A DNA stretch of 64,000 bases, from the NCBI GenBank assembly GCA_019187485.1, contig JABAQR010000032.1, forward strand, positions 18,578 through 82,577, given 5' to 3'. The notes beneath the pieces are model-generated. The model was not told the DNA's origin, made no database searches, and saw nothing but the letters and a program-made list of their open reading frames with translations. The position numbers were made by a program, and so were the translations under genes. The stretch is from Lysobacterales bacterium (GTDB taxonomy: Bacteria > Pseudomonadota > Gammaproteobacteria > Xanthomonadales > SZUA-5). Positions 10,201 to 18,470 of this stretch are shown here, one piece after another (positions within the stretch are counted from its first letter, which is position 1; each line of letters opens with the position of its first letter).

Positions 10201-10403
10201 TGCCGCTGGCGCTCGCCAGCGGCGCCGGCTCCAACAGTCGCTTCACGATCGGCCTCGTGATCGTCGCCGGCGTCAGCCTGGCGACCGTGCTGACGCTGTT
10301 CGTGGTGCCGGCTTTCTATCGGCTGCTGGCCGGCTACACGCGCAGTCCGGAGGCGCTGAGTCGCCAGATCGAGGCGCTCGACCGGATGACGCCGACGACT
10401 TGA
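7251..10403 (+). CDS. RND family efflux permease (AcrB/AcrD/AcrF type)
   Basis: 1050 aa, a 12-TM RND architecture with two large periplasmic loops. Typical N-terminus MLISELSIRRPVLATVASLLLIV. GGAGG lies 9 nt upstream of the ATG. Confidence 0.95.
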   Translation: MLISELSIRRPVLATVASLLLIVCGIAAFLNLPLRELPDVDPPVVSVGTAYRGAAAAIIETRITRIIEDAISGIEGIETIASSSDNGRSSVTVQFALGRDLEAATNDVRDAISRVSASLPADIDPPQVAKVDADAQPVLWLNFASDRLDALALSDYAERHLVDRLSTMPGVASVTVGGRQRYAMRIWLSREALAARGLTVSDVVAALRRENVELPAGMIEAAQRDFSVRIDRSYRSPEQFAQLPMTKGRDGHIVRLGEVARIELGATDRRNLFRGNGRQQVGLGVIKQSTANTVTVAQAVRAETERIAASLPEDMHLVVAFDSSVFIDRSIREVWFTLAITVALVIGVIYLFLGSWRAALIPAVTIPVCVVATFIGLYAFDFSINLITLLALVLCIGLVVDDAIVVLENCQRRVDLGEPPLVAAQRGTRQVAFAVIATTAVLVSVFLPIAFLKGNLGVLFRELGVALSTSVAVSGLVALSLSAMLCSKLLVRSEGHTGLARWVDTRFRMLEGAYRRALEGTVRRVGLLGAVVLGAVAASVGLYVLTPKELTPPEDQGNFFISVNGPEGAGFDYTVEQALAVEAPLMRAIDEGLASRVIVRAPRGMGGATSEDMHTAMAILFLAPWGERPPAFEIQRRLQAELDQIPGVRAQVTMRTGLQRGGGGNQPVQFVIGGPDYATLAQWQDKVLRRAEQLPGLIGVDSDYKETRPQLRVAIDRQRAADLGVSVQEIGSTLETMLGSRRVTTFERAGEEYDVMLQAERADRSDPSDLANLYVRSERSGELVPLGNLVALRELADSGELDRFNRIRSITIQARLAPGYSLGQALADLEQIAREELPAQARIDYRGESRDYRAAGSDVLLTFALAMLVVYLVLAAQFESFVHPFVIMLTVPLAVLGALLALFGWGQLAPRLGATGLGATLNLYSQVGIVILIGIATKNGILIVEFANQLRDAGRSIHEAVLEASVLRLRPILMTSIATAIGALPLALASGAGSNSRFTIGLVIVAGVSLATVLTLFVVPAFYRLLAGYTRSPEALSRQIEALDRMTPTT

Positions 10404-10487
10404 GGTGCCGAGGCCCGGGAAGCGCGGGACGAACGCACGGCAGGCGCACCGGACTACAATCGCCCGCTTCGTCCTGCCTGTGACGCC

Positions 10488-11108
10488 ATGTCCGACCCCC
10501 ACCGCGGCCTGCTGGTCGTGCTCGAAGGCATCGACGGTGCCGGCAAGTCCACCCAGATCCGGCGTCTGCAACTGCTCGCGCAAGCGCTCGGTTTCGAATG
10601 CGTCGCCAGCCGCGAACCGACCCACGGACCGTACGGTCGGCAACTGCGCGAGAGCGCCACGCGCATGCGCCTGTCGCGCACGCAGGAACATGCGCTGCTG
10701 CTGCTCGATCGCCGCGAGCACCTCGACGTCCTGGTGCGGCCGGCGCTCGCGCGCGGCGCGGTGGTGCTGCTGGACCGCTACTACTTCAGCAGCATCGCCT
10801 ACCAGGCCGGTCCCGAACTCGCCGCCACGCAGATTCGCGCCGACAACGAGGCCTTCGCGCCACCGCCGGACCTGCTGCTGATCCTCGACCTGCCGGTCGC
10901 CGTGGGTCTGGCCCGGATCGGTGCGCGCGGCGATCACCCGAATGCCTTCGAGGCGACGGCAACGCTGGAGCATTGCCGCGCGGTCTATCGCGGTTTCGCG
11001 AACGAGCCGCATGCCCGATTGATCGACGCCAGCGGCGATGCCGACAGCGTCACCGCGCAGGTCAGCGCGGCGGTGGTGCGCACGCTGCAAGCGCGCGCGC
11101 TGCTGTAG
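10488..11108 (+). CDS. tmk: dTMP (thymidylate) kinase
   Basis: P-loop LVVLEGIDGAGKSTQ, the DRY motif (LLDRYYFSSIAYQ) and a lid region. 206 aa. Confidence 0.9.
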   Translation: MSDPHRGLLVVLEGIDGAGKSTQIRRLQLLAQALGFECVASREPTHGPYGRQLRESATRMRLSRTQEHALLLLDRREHLDVLVRPALARGAVVLLDRYYFSSIAYQAGPELAATQIRADNEAFAPPPDLLLILDLPVAVGLARIGARGDHPNAFEATATLEHCRAVYRGFANEPHARLIDASGDADSVTAQVSAAVVRTLQARALL

Positions 11109-11229
11109 CGATCTTGCGCGCAGCCGGACCGGCCGCGTCCGCAGCGGATGCGGTGCCGGCACGGGCGCGTCGCCGGCCCCGGGGATCCGCTGCGGGGCCT
11201 TGCGGTGAACCGCTCGCCACGTTCCGGCG

Positions 11230-13134
11230 CTACCGAGCTGCGGGATCGGCCGGCGCAGCGTTGGTGGGTGGTTCGGGCTCCGCCGCAGGCGGATCCAGAT
11301 CGAAACCCACCAGCAGCGGATCGTGGTCGGAGGAACGGAAGGGGTCGGCGCGGAACATGCGGGCATCGACGGCGCGCGCCCGGCCCTCGCGGTTGTAATC
11401 GAAGTCCGGCATCTCGTCGGCGTTGATGTGCCACACGCTGGCGCCGCGCGCCTGCGGCGCGAGGCCGGTGCTGGCGAGGGCGTGGTCCAGGCTACCCGAG
11501 CTGCCATCGTAGTTGAAGCTGTAGTGGCCGCCATCGCGGTGCCCGAGCTGCACGTAGCCGGCGTCGTAGAGCAGGCGCAGCGGGTCTTCCTGCGAATGGC
11601 TGTTGAGGTCGCCGACGATCAGCACGTCGGGATCGCCGCTGCCGGTCGGGTCGCTCGCCAGCCAGTCCTTGAGCAGGCGCGCGGCCTCCACGCGGGCCGC
11701 GTTCCAGCAGCCCTGGCCGTCGCCGCGGTCCTGGTTCGCGGCGTCGGCGGTCTCGCAGCCGCCCTTGCTCTTCCAGTGATTGGCGACCACCGTGAAGCGC
11801 GCTTGCGTCTTCGCTTGCTCGAAAGTCTGCGCCAGCGGTGCGCGGCTGCCATGGTCGAAGGGCGGCTCCTGCAGGGTCGCCGCGGTTCCGACCAGTTTGA
11901 GCTGGCGTGGCCGGTAGAGCATGCCGACGCTGATCAGATCGCCGCCCAGACGCTCGCCGGGGGCGCGCACGTAGTCGTACTCGCGTGGACGGCCGCGCGC
12001 CTGGTTCAGACGCTGGGTCAGTTCGGCAATCGCCGAGCCGCGCTCGTAGCCATCGTTCTCGACTTCCATCAGCACGTACAGATCGGCGTCCATCGCCTTC
12101 AACGCGGACAGGATCTTGGCGCGCTGGCGGGCCAGTTCCTCGGCGTCGCTGGCGCCGCGCTCGGTCGGGAAGCCGCCGCTCTTGCCGTCGCCATTGAAAT
12201 AGTTGAGCACGTTCATGCTCGCCACGCGCAACCCGCCCGCCACCTCCGGGGCACTCTCCGGACGGGACGCCTGTACTACCTCCACGCGTTCCTGCACATG
12301 CAACCGGTAGCTACCGGCGCGCTGGTCCAGCACGCCGGTGATCCCGCGCAACGAACTGCCGATGCGATAGGGCGCGTCGATGCTCGGCGGCGCCGGCAGC
12401 CAGGACTGGCGCTCAGGCAGCTCCGGCGCGATGCTGCCGTCGTCCAGCAGCAGGCGCCGGCGCGCATTGTCGGCCGCGAGCGCGCGCGCCTCGGCACCCG
12501 GAGGGTGGCGCTCGGTCGGGCTCCACTGGCGACCATCGAGTCCCACCAGCAGCTCGCCGCGAGACAACAGCGCGTGGTTGGCGAGCAGCGTCGCGATCGG
12601 CTCGATGCGCACGCCCATGCTCTCGAGCGCTTCCCAATCCTCGGCCACCAGCGGCGCTTCCTCGACCAGCGCCGGCTGCGGCAGCTCATCGACCTTGCCG
12701 CAGAACTGGAAGGAACTGAGTTCGACCAGCGTGGTCAGCGTAGCCTCACCTTCGCCGATCTCGGCGACCCGGCCCTGCACGCGCACGACGTCGCCGCGCT
12801 CTACTTTCGGACGCGCGCCATCGATCTGCACGAACAGGCCTTCGCTGGTCATCGGGTCACCGTCGCGGTCGGCCTGTTCCTCCTGCAGGAATACGCCGCC
12901 GAGGCCATCGATCGCGTCCGCGATCACGACCGCTTCGGTGGTGGTCAACTGCCCCTGCAGCGAGCTCTTCAGTGCCGCGCCCTGGATGCTGCTGATCAGC
13001 ACTGCCGGGGTCCCGCAAGCGGCGGGATCGATCGCAACCTCGCCACCCACGAGCGACACGCCGCCGCGCTCGCAGCCCGCCAGCGCCAGCAAGGCCAGCG
13101 CCGAAGTCCAAGCATGGAAAACCCGCATCGCCAC
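11230..13134 (-). CDS. ExeM/NucH family extracellular endonuclease (lipoprotein)
   Basis: Lipobox LLALAGC. An OB-like N-terminal region (SEGLFVQIDG..GDVVRVQGRVAE). Endonuclease/exonuclease/phosphatase domain: LRVASMNVLNYFNG, VLMEVEN, GDLNSH, SSDHDPLLVGF. Confidence 0.85.
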   Translation of the reverse strand: MAMRVFHAWTSALALLALAGCERGGVSLVGGEVAIDPAACGTPAVLISSIQGAALKSSLQGQLTTTEAVVIADAIDGLGGVFLQEEQADRDGDPMTSEGLFVQIDGARPKVERGDVVRVQGRVAEIGEGEATLTTLVELSSFQFCGKVDELPQPALVEEAPLVAEDWEALESMGVRIEPIATLLANHALLSRGELLVGLDGRQWSPTERHPPGAEARALAADNARRRLLLDDGSIAPELPERQSWLPAPPSIDAPYRIGSSLRGITGVLDQRAGSYRLHVQERVEVVQASRPESAPEVAGGLRVASMNVLNYFNGDGKSGGFPTERGASDAEELARQRAKILSALKAMDADLYVLMEVENDGYERGSAIAELTQRLNQARGRPREYDYVRAPGERLGGDLISVGMLYRPRQLKLVGTAATLQEPPFDHGSRAPLAQTFEQAKTQARFTVVANHWKSKGGCETADAANQDRGDGQGCWNAARVEAARLLKDWLASDPTGSGDPDVLIVGDLNSHSQEDPLRLLYDAGYVQLGHRDGGHYSFNYDGSSGSLDHALASTGLAPQARGASVWHINADEMPDFDYNREGRARAVDARMFRADPFRSSDHDPLLVGFDLDPPAAEPEPPTNAAPADPAAR

Positions 13135-13146
13135 CCCCGAAGATGA

Positions 13147-13171
13147 GAACGCCGCCTCGCGGGCGGCGTTC
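13147..13171 (-). terminator. intrinsic-terminator-like hairpin after cytochrome c5
   Basis: gaacgccgcc-tcgcg-ggcggcgttc forms a 10-bp stem. On the minus strand it is followed by TCTCATCTTC. It lies between the c5 stop codon and the nuclease start codon. Confidence 0.5.
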
Positions 13172-13194
13172 TCGCGACTGCCCGCAATGATCGG

Positions 13195-13764
13195 TTATTT
13201 GAGCTGCCCGAGCATGTATTCGACGGTGGCGCGTACCTGCTCGTCGGTCAGCGCGGGGTTGCCGCCCTTGGCCGGCATCATGCCGGCGGCGCCCTGGAAG
13301 CCCTCGATGGCGTGCTTGACCAGCGTGTCGTTGCCCTGGGCGATGCGCGGCGCCCACGCGTCCCTGGTCAACAGCGGCGCGCCCCCGGCCCCGGAGTTGT
13401 GGCAGGCGCCACACAATTGCTGGTAGATCACGCCACCGTCCAGGGTTCCCCCGTAGGCGACCTGGCTGGCAAGCGCCTGCTGGCGTGCCGCTTCGGCGGC
13501 GGCGATCGCGGCACGGCCGGTGTCGCCGGCGTGGACGGTGGCGACCGGCGCCAGGCGTGCGTCCGCGGCGGCGCGACGTGCGGCCACGCGTTCGCGCTGG
13601 ATTGGATCCAGTTCCTCGTCGGCGACGCCGGCGGCGGCCGCGCTGTAGCCGTAGAAGCGGTCGTTGATCGTGTGCGCGACGACGACCAGGAACAGTGCGA
13701 ACACCATCAGTCCGACGATCAGCTGTGCGAAATGCTTCAGGAAGACCGCATCGTACTTGGTCAC
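13195..13764 (-). CDS. membrane-anchored cytochrome c5 family protein
   Basis: Haem site CGACHNSG and the axial-Met region MMPAKGGNPALTDEQV. N-terminal TM helix LIVGLMVFALFLVVVAH. Start placed at GTG 13764 (VTKYDAVFLKH), since the track extension overlaps the divergent regulator start region. The start is uncertain. Confidence 0.8.
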   Translation of the reverse strand: MTKYDAVFLKHFAQLIVGLMVFALFLVVVAHTINDRFYGYSAAAAGVADEELDPIQRERVAARRAAADARLAPVATVHAGDTGRAAIAAAEAARQQALASQVAYGGTLDGGVIYQQLCGACHNSGAGGAPLLTRDAWAPRIAQGNDTLVKHAIEGFQGAAGMMPAKGGNPALTDEQVRATVEYMLGQLK

Positions 13765-13927
13765 GGAACAACGCCCCTTGCGAAAGCCGGATACCGGGGC
13801 CGACGCCCGAGCGCCGACCGAGGGCGCGGAGTATACGAGGCGCGACGGCGCGGTGCAGCCGCCGAGCACTACGCGGCCACAGCGCGATGCGCCTATCCTG
13901 ATCGTCCCCACATCCTCCGCCGCACCC

Positions 13928-15298
13928 ATGGCCGCCAGTCACATTCTCGTCGTCGACGACGAGCCGGACATTCGCTCGATGGTGCAGGAAATCCTCGCCG
14001 ATGAGGGTTACCAGGTCGAGATCGCGGCTGGCGCCGGCGCCGCACGGGCGGCCTTGCGGGCGCGCCGGCCCGACCTCGTACTGCTGGATGTGTGGATGCC
14101 CGACACCGACGGCATCAGCCTGTTGCGCGAATGGAGCCGGGACGGACGGCCGCCGATGCCGGTGGTGATGATGAGCGGTCACGGCACCATCGAGACCGCG
14201 GTGGAAGCCACCCGCCTCGGCGCCTACGACTTCATCGAGAAACCGATCTCGCTGGCCAAACTGTTGCTGACCGTCGAACGCGCACTCGAAGCGACCCGCT
14301 TGCTGCAGGAGAACGAGGGCCTGCGCCGGCGTCTGCCGGAACTGCAAGAACCGCTGGGCTCCAGCCGCACGATGACCGAGTTGCGCTCGCAGATCGAACG
14401 CGCGGCGCAGACCGAGGCCTGCGTGCTCTTCGAGGGCGAACCCGGCACCGGCAAGCAGGTGCTCGCGCGCTTCCTGCACGAACGCTCGCCGCGCCGCGAG
14501 CGCCCCTTCGTGGTCGTCAGCGGCGGCGCGCTGATGAAGCCGGACGCGGCACGCGACCTGTTCGGGGTGGAAGAAGGCGGCGAGCTGCGCTACGGTCTGA
14601 TCGAACAGGCCCAGGGCGGCACCCTCTACCTCGACGAAATCGCCGCGCTGGGTGGCGAGCTGCAGACGCGTCTGGCCGCCGCGCTGGCGGCGCGCCAGTT
14701 CACCCGCGTCGGCGGCCAGGATCGGGTGCCGCTGCAGGCGCGCATTGTGTCCGGATCCAGCAAGGAGCTCGCGCGCGAGGTCGCCGAGGGTCGCTTCCAG
14801 GAAGCGCTGTTGTACCAGTTGCGGGTGCTGCCGATGCGGGTGTCGCCACTACGCGAGCGTCCCGAGGACATTCCGGACCTGTTGCGCCATTTCGCCGAGA
14901 GCTTCGCCGACCGCGACCAGTTGCCCTACCGGCGGTTCACGGTGGCGGCGCAGAACCGCCTGCGCCAGTACGCCTGGCCGGGCAATGTGCGCGAGCTGTC
15001 GAATCTGGTGCAGCGCCTGTTGATCCTCGGCCAGGGCGACGAGGTGGAACTGGCCGAAGTCGAGGCCGCGCTCGGCCCGCCGCGCGCCGACAGACAGAAG
15101 GCGGAGGGCGGCCTCATGCTCGATCTCGGCCTGCCGCTGCGCGAGGCCCGCGAGGCCTTCGAGCGCGAATACCTGGTGCACCAGTTGAAGCTCGCCGGTG
15201 GCAGCGTCGGCAGACTCGCAAAAGCCGTGGGCCTGGAGCGCACCCATCTGTACCGCAAGCTGCGCGCGCTCGGAGTGGAGTTGAAGGATGGGGACTAG
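13928..15298 (+). CDS. NtrC/NtrX-family response regulator (receiver + AAA+ + Fis-type HTH) lacking a recognisable GAFTGA loop
   Basis: Receiver domain HILVVDDEPDIR...DLVLLDVWMPDTDG. Walker A GEPGTGKQ and Walker B GGTLYLDEI. C-terminal HTH VGRLAKAVGLERTHLYRKL. Where GAFTGA is expected the sequence reads DLFGVEEGGELRYGLIEQA. Confidence 0.85.
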   Translation: MAASHILVVDDEPDIRSMVQEILADEGYQVEIAAGAGAARAALRARRPDLVLLDVWMPDTDGISLLREWSRDGRPPMPVVMMSGHGTIETAVEATRLGAYDFIEKPISLAKLLLTVERALEATRLLQENEGLRRRLPELQEPLGSSRTMTELRSQIERAAQTEACVLFEGEPGTGKQVLARFLHERSPRRERPFVVVSGGALMKPDAARDLFGVEEGGELRYGLIEQAQGGTLYLDEIAALGGELQTRLAAALAARQFTRVGGQDRVPLQARIVSGSSKELAREVAEGRFQEALLYQLRVLPMRVSPLRERPEDIPDLLRHFAESFADRDQLPYRRFTVAAQNRLRQYAWPGNVRELSNLVQRLLILGQGDEVELAEVEAALGPPRADRQKAEGGLMLDLGLPLREAREAFEREYLVHQLKLAGGSVGRLAKAVGLERTHLYRKLRALGVELKDGD

Positions 15299-15311
15299 CC
15301 TGAAAGCAAGA

Positions 15312-15416
15312 GCGGGGCTGGGGGTTGGGGGCTCGGGCGAGGGTCCGGGCGCCCTCGCTGCCGGTCGAGCGACCAGGATCGGTCTTGGCGCCCCAGCCCC
15401 CGGTCCCCAGCCCCGC
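15312..15416. repeat. intercistronic G-tract inverted-repeat element (family A copy 1)
   Basis: Left arm 15312-15338 is gcggggctgggggttgggggctcgggc. Right arm 15390-15416 is gccccagcccccggtccccagccccgc. The arms are 23/27 complementary, with 3 further G-U pairs possible in RNA. The lead-in AGCAAGAGCGGGGC is shared with the copy at 21535. Confidence 0.8.
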
Positions 15417-15463
15417 CTTCGCATCTCGTGCGCCATCACCACCCTGCCCGCGCGCCCCCTGCC

Positions 15464-16840
15464 ATGAACATCCTCATCCTCGGCGCGGGCCAGGTCGGCA
15501 CTTCGGTGGCGGCGGCGCTGGCGCGCGAGAACAACGACATCACGGTGGTCGACACCGACTCCGAGAAGCTGCGCGAGCTGTCGGAAAAGATCGACCTGCG
15601 CGTGGTCCACGGCTTCGCCGCGCATCCGTCGACGCTCGCCCGGGCGGGCGCGGAAGACGCGGACGTGCTGGTCGCGGTGACCTCCTCGGACGAGGTCAAC
15701 ATGATCGCCTGCGAGGTCGCGGCGACGATCTACCGCACGCCGATGAAAGTGGCGCGGGTGCGTTCGCTGGAATACCTGAAACACCCTGAACTGTTCGGCC
15801 GCGGACATGTCTCGATCGACCACTTGATCAGTCCCAGTCAGCGCGTCTGCGACTACATCGAACGCCTGATCGAATACCCGGGTTCGTTGCAGGCGTTGGA
15901 TTTCGCCGGCGGCCGCGCGCAGATGGTGGCGATGCGCGCCGATCGAGACGGTGCGCTGGTGGGCCACCAGATCCGCGATCTTGCGATGCATCTGCCGACC
16001 GGCAGCGAGGTGCGCATCGCCGCAATCTTCCGCAGCAAGCGCGCGATCGCCGCCGACGGCGACACCGTGGTCGAGCCCGGCGACGAGGTCTTCTTCCTCG
16101 CCGACCGGAAATCGATCCGCGCGATGATGGCGGAGTTCCACCGCATCGAGCGCCCGGCGCGCCGGATCATCCTCGCCGGCGGCGGCAACATCGGTCTTGA
16201 TCTCGCGCGCCAACTGGAGAACCGCTACAGCGTCAAGGTCATCGAGCGTGGCCGCGAGCGCGCCCGCCAGATCGCCGAGGCGCTGGAAACCGCGATCGTG
16301 CTCAGTGGCGACTGCGCCGACGAGGATCTGCTGCGCGAGGAGAATATCGACCAGACCGACGTCTTCTGCGCACTGACCAACGACGACGAGGCGAACATCC
16401 TGTCGGCGATGCTCGCCAAGCGCCTCGGCGCGCACCGCGTGATCTCGCTGATCAACCGTCCTGCCTACGCCGACCTGGTCGAGGCCGGCATGATCGACAC
16501 CGCGGTCAGCCCGCAGCAGATCACGCTCGGTGCGCTGCTCTCTTTCGTGCGCCAGGGCAACCTGGTGCGCGTGCATTCACTGCGTGGCGGCAGCACCGAG
16601 GCCCTGGAGGCAGTCGCCGTCGGCAACTCGGGCGGTTCGCGCGTGGTTGGCCGCAGCATCGAGCAGATCGCGTTGCCCAGGGGCGCGACCATCGTCGGCA
16701 TCGTCCGCGGCGAGCGCGTGCTCGCTGCCCATCACGACACCGTGATCGAGTCCGAAGACCATGTGATCCTGTTCGTCGCCGAGAAGAAGAGCGTGCGTCA
16801 GGTGGAGCTGCTGTTCCGCGCGGGGGCGCTCAGCGTGTGA
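15464..16840 (+). CDS. trkA: Trk system potassium uptake protein TrkA (two NAD-binding RCK domains)
   Basis: MNILILGAGQVGTSVAAAL Rossmann motif, and a second one at IILAGGGNIGLDLARQL. 458 aa from the internal ATG. Confidence 0.9.
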   Translation: MNILILGAGQVGTSVAAALARENNDITVVDTDSEKLRELSEKIDLRVVHGFAAHPSTLARAGAEDADVLVAVTSSDEVNMIACEVAATIYRTPMKVARVRSLEYLKHPELFGRGHVSIDHLISPSQRVCDYIERLIEYPGSLQALDFAGGRAQMVAMRADRDGALVGHQIRDLAMHLPTGSEVRIAAIFRSKRAIAADGDTVVEPGDEVFFLADRKSIRAMMAEFHRIERPARRIILAGGGNIGLDLARQLENRYSVKVIERGRERARQIAEALETAIVLSGDCADEDLLREENIDQTDVFCALTNDDEANILSAMLAKRLGAHRVISLINRPAYADLVEAGMIDTAVSPQQITLGALLSFVRQGNLVRVHSLRGGSTEALEAVAVGNSGGSRVVGRSIEQIALPRGATIVGIVRGERVLAAHHDTVIESEDHVILFVAEKKSVRQVELLFRAGALSV

Positions 16841-16856
16841 GCGGCGAGGGGGCGCT

Positions 16857-16975
16857 GGGCATGGGGCACGGGGCACGGGTGCTGCGCGCCACGCTTGCAG
16901 GCGCACGCTTCGAACGCCCCGGGGCTTGCGACTGGCCCGCTGTTCCCGTGCCCGGTGCCCCGTGCCCCATGCCCC
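16857..16975. repeat. intercistronic inverted-repeat element built from GGGGCAC heptamers
   Basis: Left arm 16857-16879 is gggcatggggcacggggcacggg. Right arm 16945-16975 is its reverse complement plus one extra 7-nt unit (cccgtgcccggtgccccgtgccccatgcccc). Confidence 0.8.
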
Positions 16976-16982
16976 GTTGCAA

Positions 16983-18467
16983 ATGAGCGCCGTCGCCGCC
17001 GACGTCCGCAACAGCGCTGCGCGCCTCGCGACAGCGCTGCGCGCGGTCGGCAATGTGCAGCTGATCGTGGCGATGGCACTGTTGCCTTCGATCGGCTTCG
17101 CACTCTGGGATGGCGATGGCTCGGCCGAGTATTTCGTCGAGACTTTCCTGCTGATGCTCTCGCTCGGCGGGCTGCTGATCGTGGTCACGCGCGGCCAGCG
17201 CGCCGAGCTGCGCCTGCGCGACGGCTTCCTCGTGACCAGCGCGGTGTGGCTGATCGCCGCCTCGCTGACGCCGCTGCCGTTGATGTTCGGGCCGCCGCAC
17301 CTGAGCTATGTCGACGCGGTCTTCGAGGTGGTCTCGGGGCTGACCACCACCGGCGCGACCGCCATCGTCGGCATCGACGAGTTGCCCCGCAGCGTGAAGT
17401 TCTACCGCCAGTCGCTGCATTTTCTCGGCGGCATGGGCATCGTGGTGCTCGCCGTCGCGATCCTGCCGACACTGCGCGTCGGCGGCGCGCAACTGACCAA
17501 GGGCGAGACCAGCGGACCCAACAAGGATTCCAAGCTGACCCCGCGCATCCAGCAGACCGCGGCCGCGCTGTGGCTGATCTACTGCGGCCTCAACGCGCTG
17601 TGCGCGCTTGCCTACTGGCTCGGCGGAATGGACTGGTTCGACGCCATCACACACGCCTTCGCAACCATCGCCACCGGCGGTTTCGGGAACTACGACGCCA
17701 GTTTCGCAGCCTTCGACAGCCTCTTGCTGGAGTCCATCGCGGTGGTCTTCATGATGCTGGGGGCCACTAATTTCGCGCTGCACTTCCTCGCCTGGGGGCG
17801 CGGCAGCATCGCCGTCTATGGTCAGGATCCGGAGTTCCGCGCTTTCCTCGCGATCATCGCCAGCTGCTGCCTGCTGGCAGCCCTAGGCGCCTGGAGCAGC
17901 GAGGTCTTCCCGAGTTTTCTGGAGAGCCTGCGGCACGCGAGTTTTCATGTGGTCTCGATGTACACCTCGACCGGTTTCACCACCACCGGTTTCGCCAACT
18001 GGCCGGGCTTCGCGCCGGCCTTCATCATGCTGATCACCTTTCTGGGTGGCTGTGCCGGTTCCACCTGCGGCGGCCTCAAGGCCATCCGCGTGCTGATCAC
18101 CGCGAAACTCGCCTGGCGCGAATTGATGCGGGTGATCCACCCGCGCGGGCAGTTCGTGATCAAGATCGGCGACCAGGTGGTCGGTGAGGGCATCGTCGTC
18201 GCGATCGCCGGCTTCATCACCGTGTACATCGCGGGCTACATCGTCCTGTCACTGGCGGTGACGGCGACCGGCGTCGATGCGGTCACCGCTTTTTCGATCA
18301 TCGCCTCATGCATGAACAATGTCGGCCCGGCGCTCGGCGAGGCCGCCACCACCGTGCAGCCGCTCAACGATGGCGCGGTATGGCTGTGCTCCTTCGCCAT
18401 GCTGCTCGGCCGTCTGGAGGTGTTCACGCTGCTGGTGCTGCTGACGCCCGCCTTCTGGCGGGACTGA
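16983..18467 (+). CDS. trkH: TrkH family potassium uptake permease (copy 1)
   Basis: Multi-pass membrane protein with TrkH/KtrB pore-loop motifs (SGLTTTGAT, IATGGFGNYD, YTSTGFTTTG, GGCAGSTCGGLK). Start placed at ATG 16983 (MSAVAADV). Confidence 0.9.
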   Translation: MSAVAADVRNSAARLATALRAVGNVQLIVAMALLPSIGFALWDGDGSAEYFVETFLLMLSLGGLLIVVTRGQRAELRLRDGFLVTSAVWLIAASLTPLPLMFGPPHLSYVDAVFEVVSGLTTTGATAIVGIDELPRSVKFYRQSLHFLGGMGIVVLAVAILPTLRVGGAQLTKGETSGPNKDSKLTPRIQQTAAALWLIYCGLNALCALAYWLGGMDWFDAITHAFATIATGGFGNYDASFAAFDSLLLESIAVVFMMLGATNFALHFLAWGRGSIAVYGQDPEFRAFLAIIASCCLLAALGAWSSEVFPSFLESLRHASFHVVSMYTSTGFTTTGFANWPGFAPAFIMLITFLGGCAGSTCGGLKAIRVLITAKLAWRELMRVIHPRGQFVIKIGDQVVGEGIVVAIAGFITVYIAGYIVLSLAVTATGVDAVTAFSIIASCMNNVGPALGEAATTVQPLNDGAVWLCSFAMLLGRLEVFTLLVLLTPAFWRD

Positions 18468-18470
18468 GCG

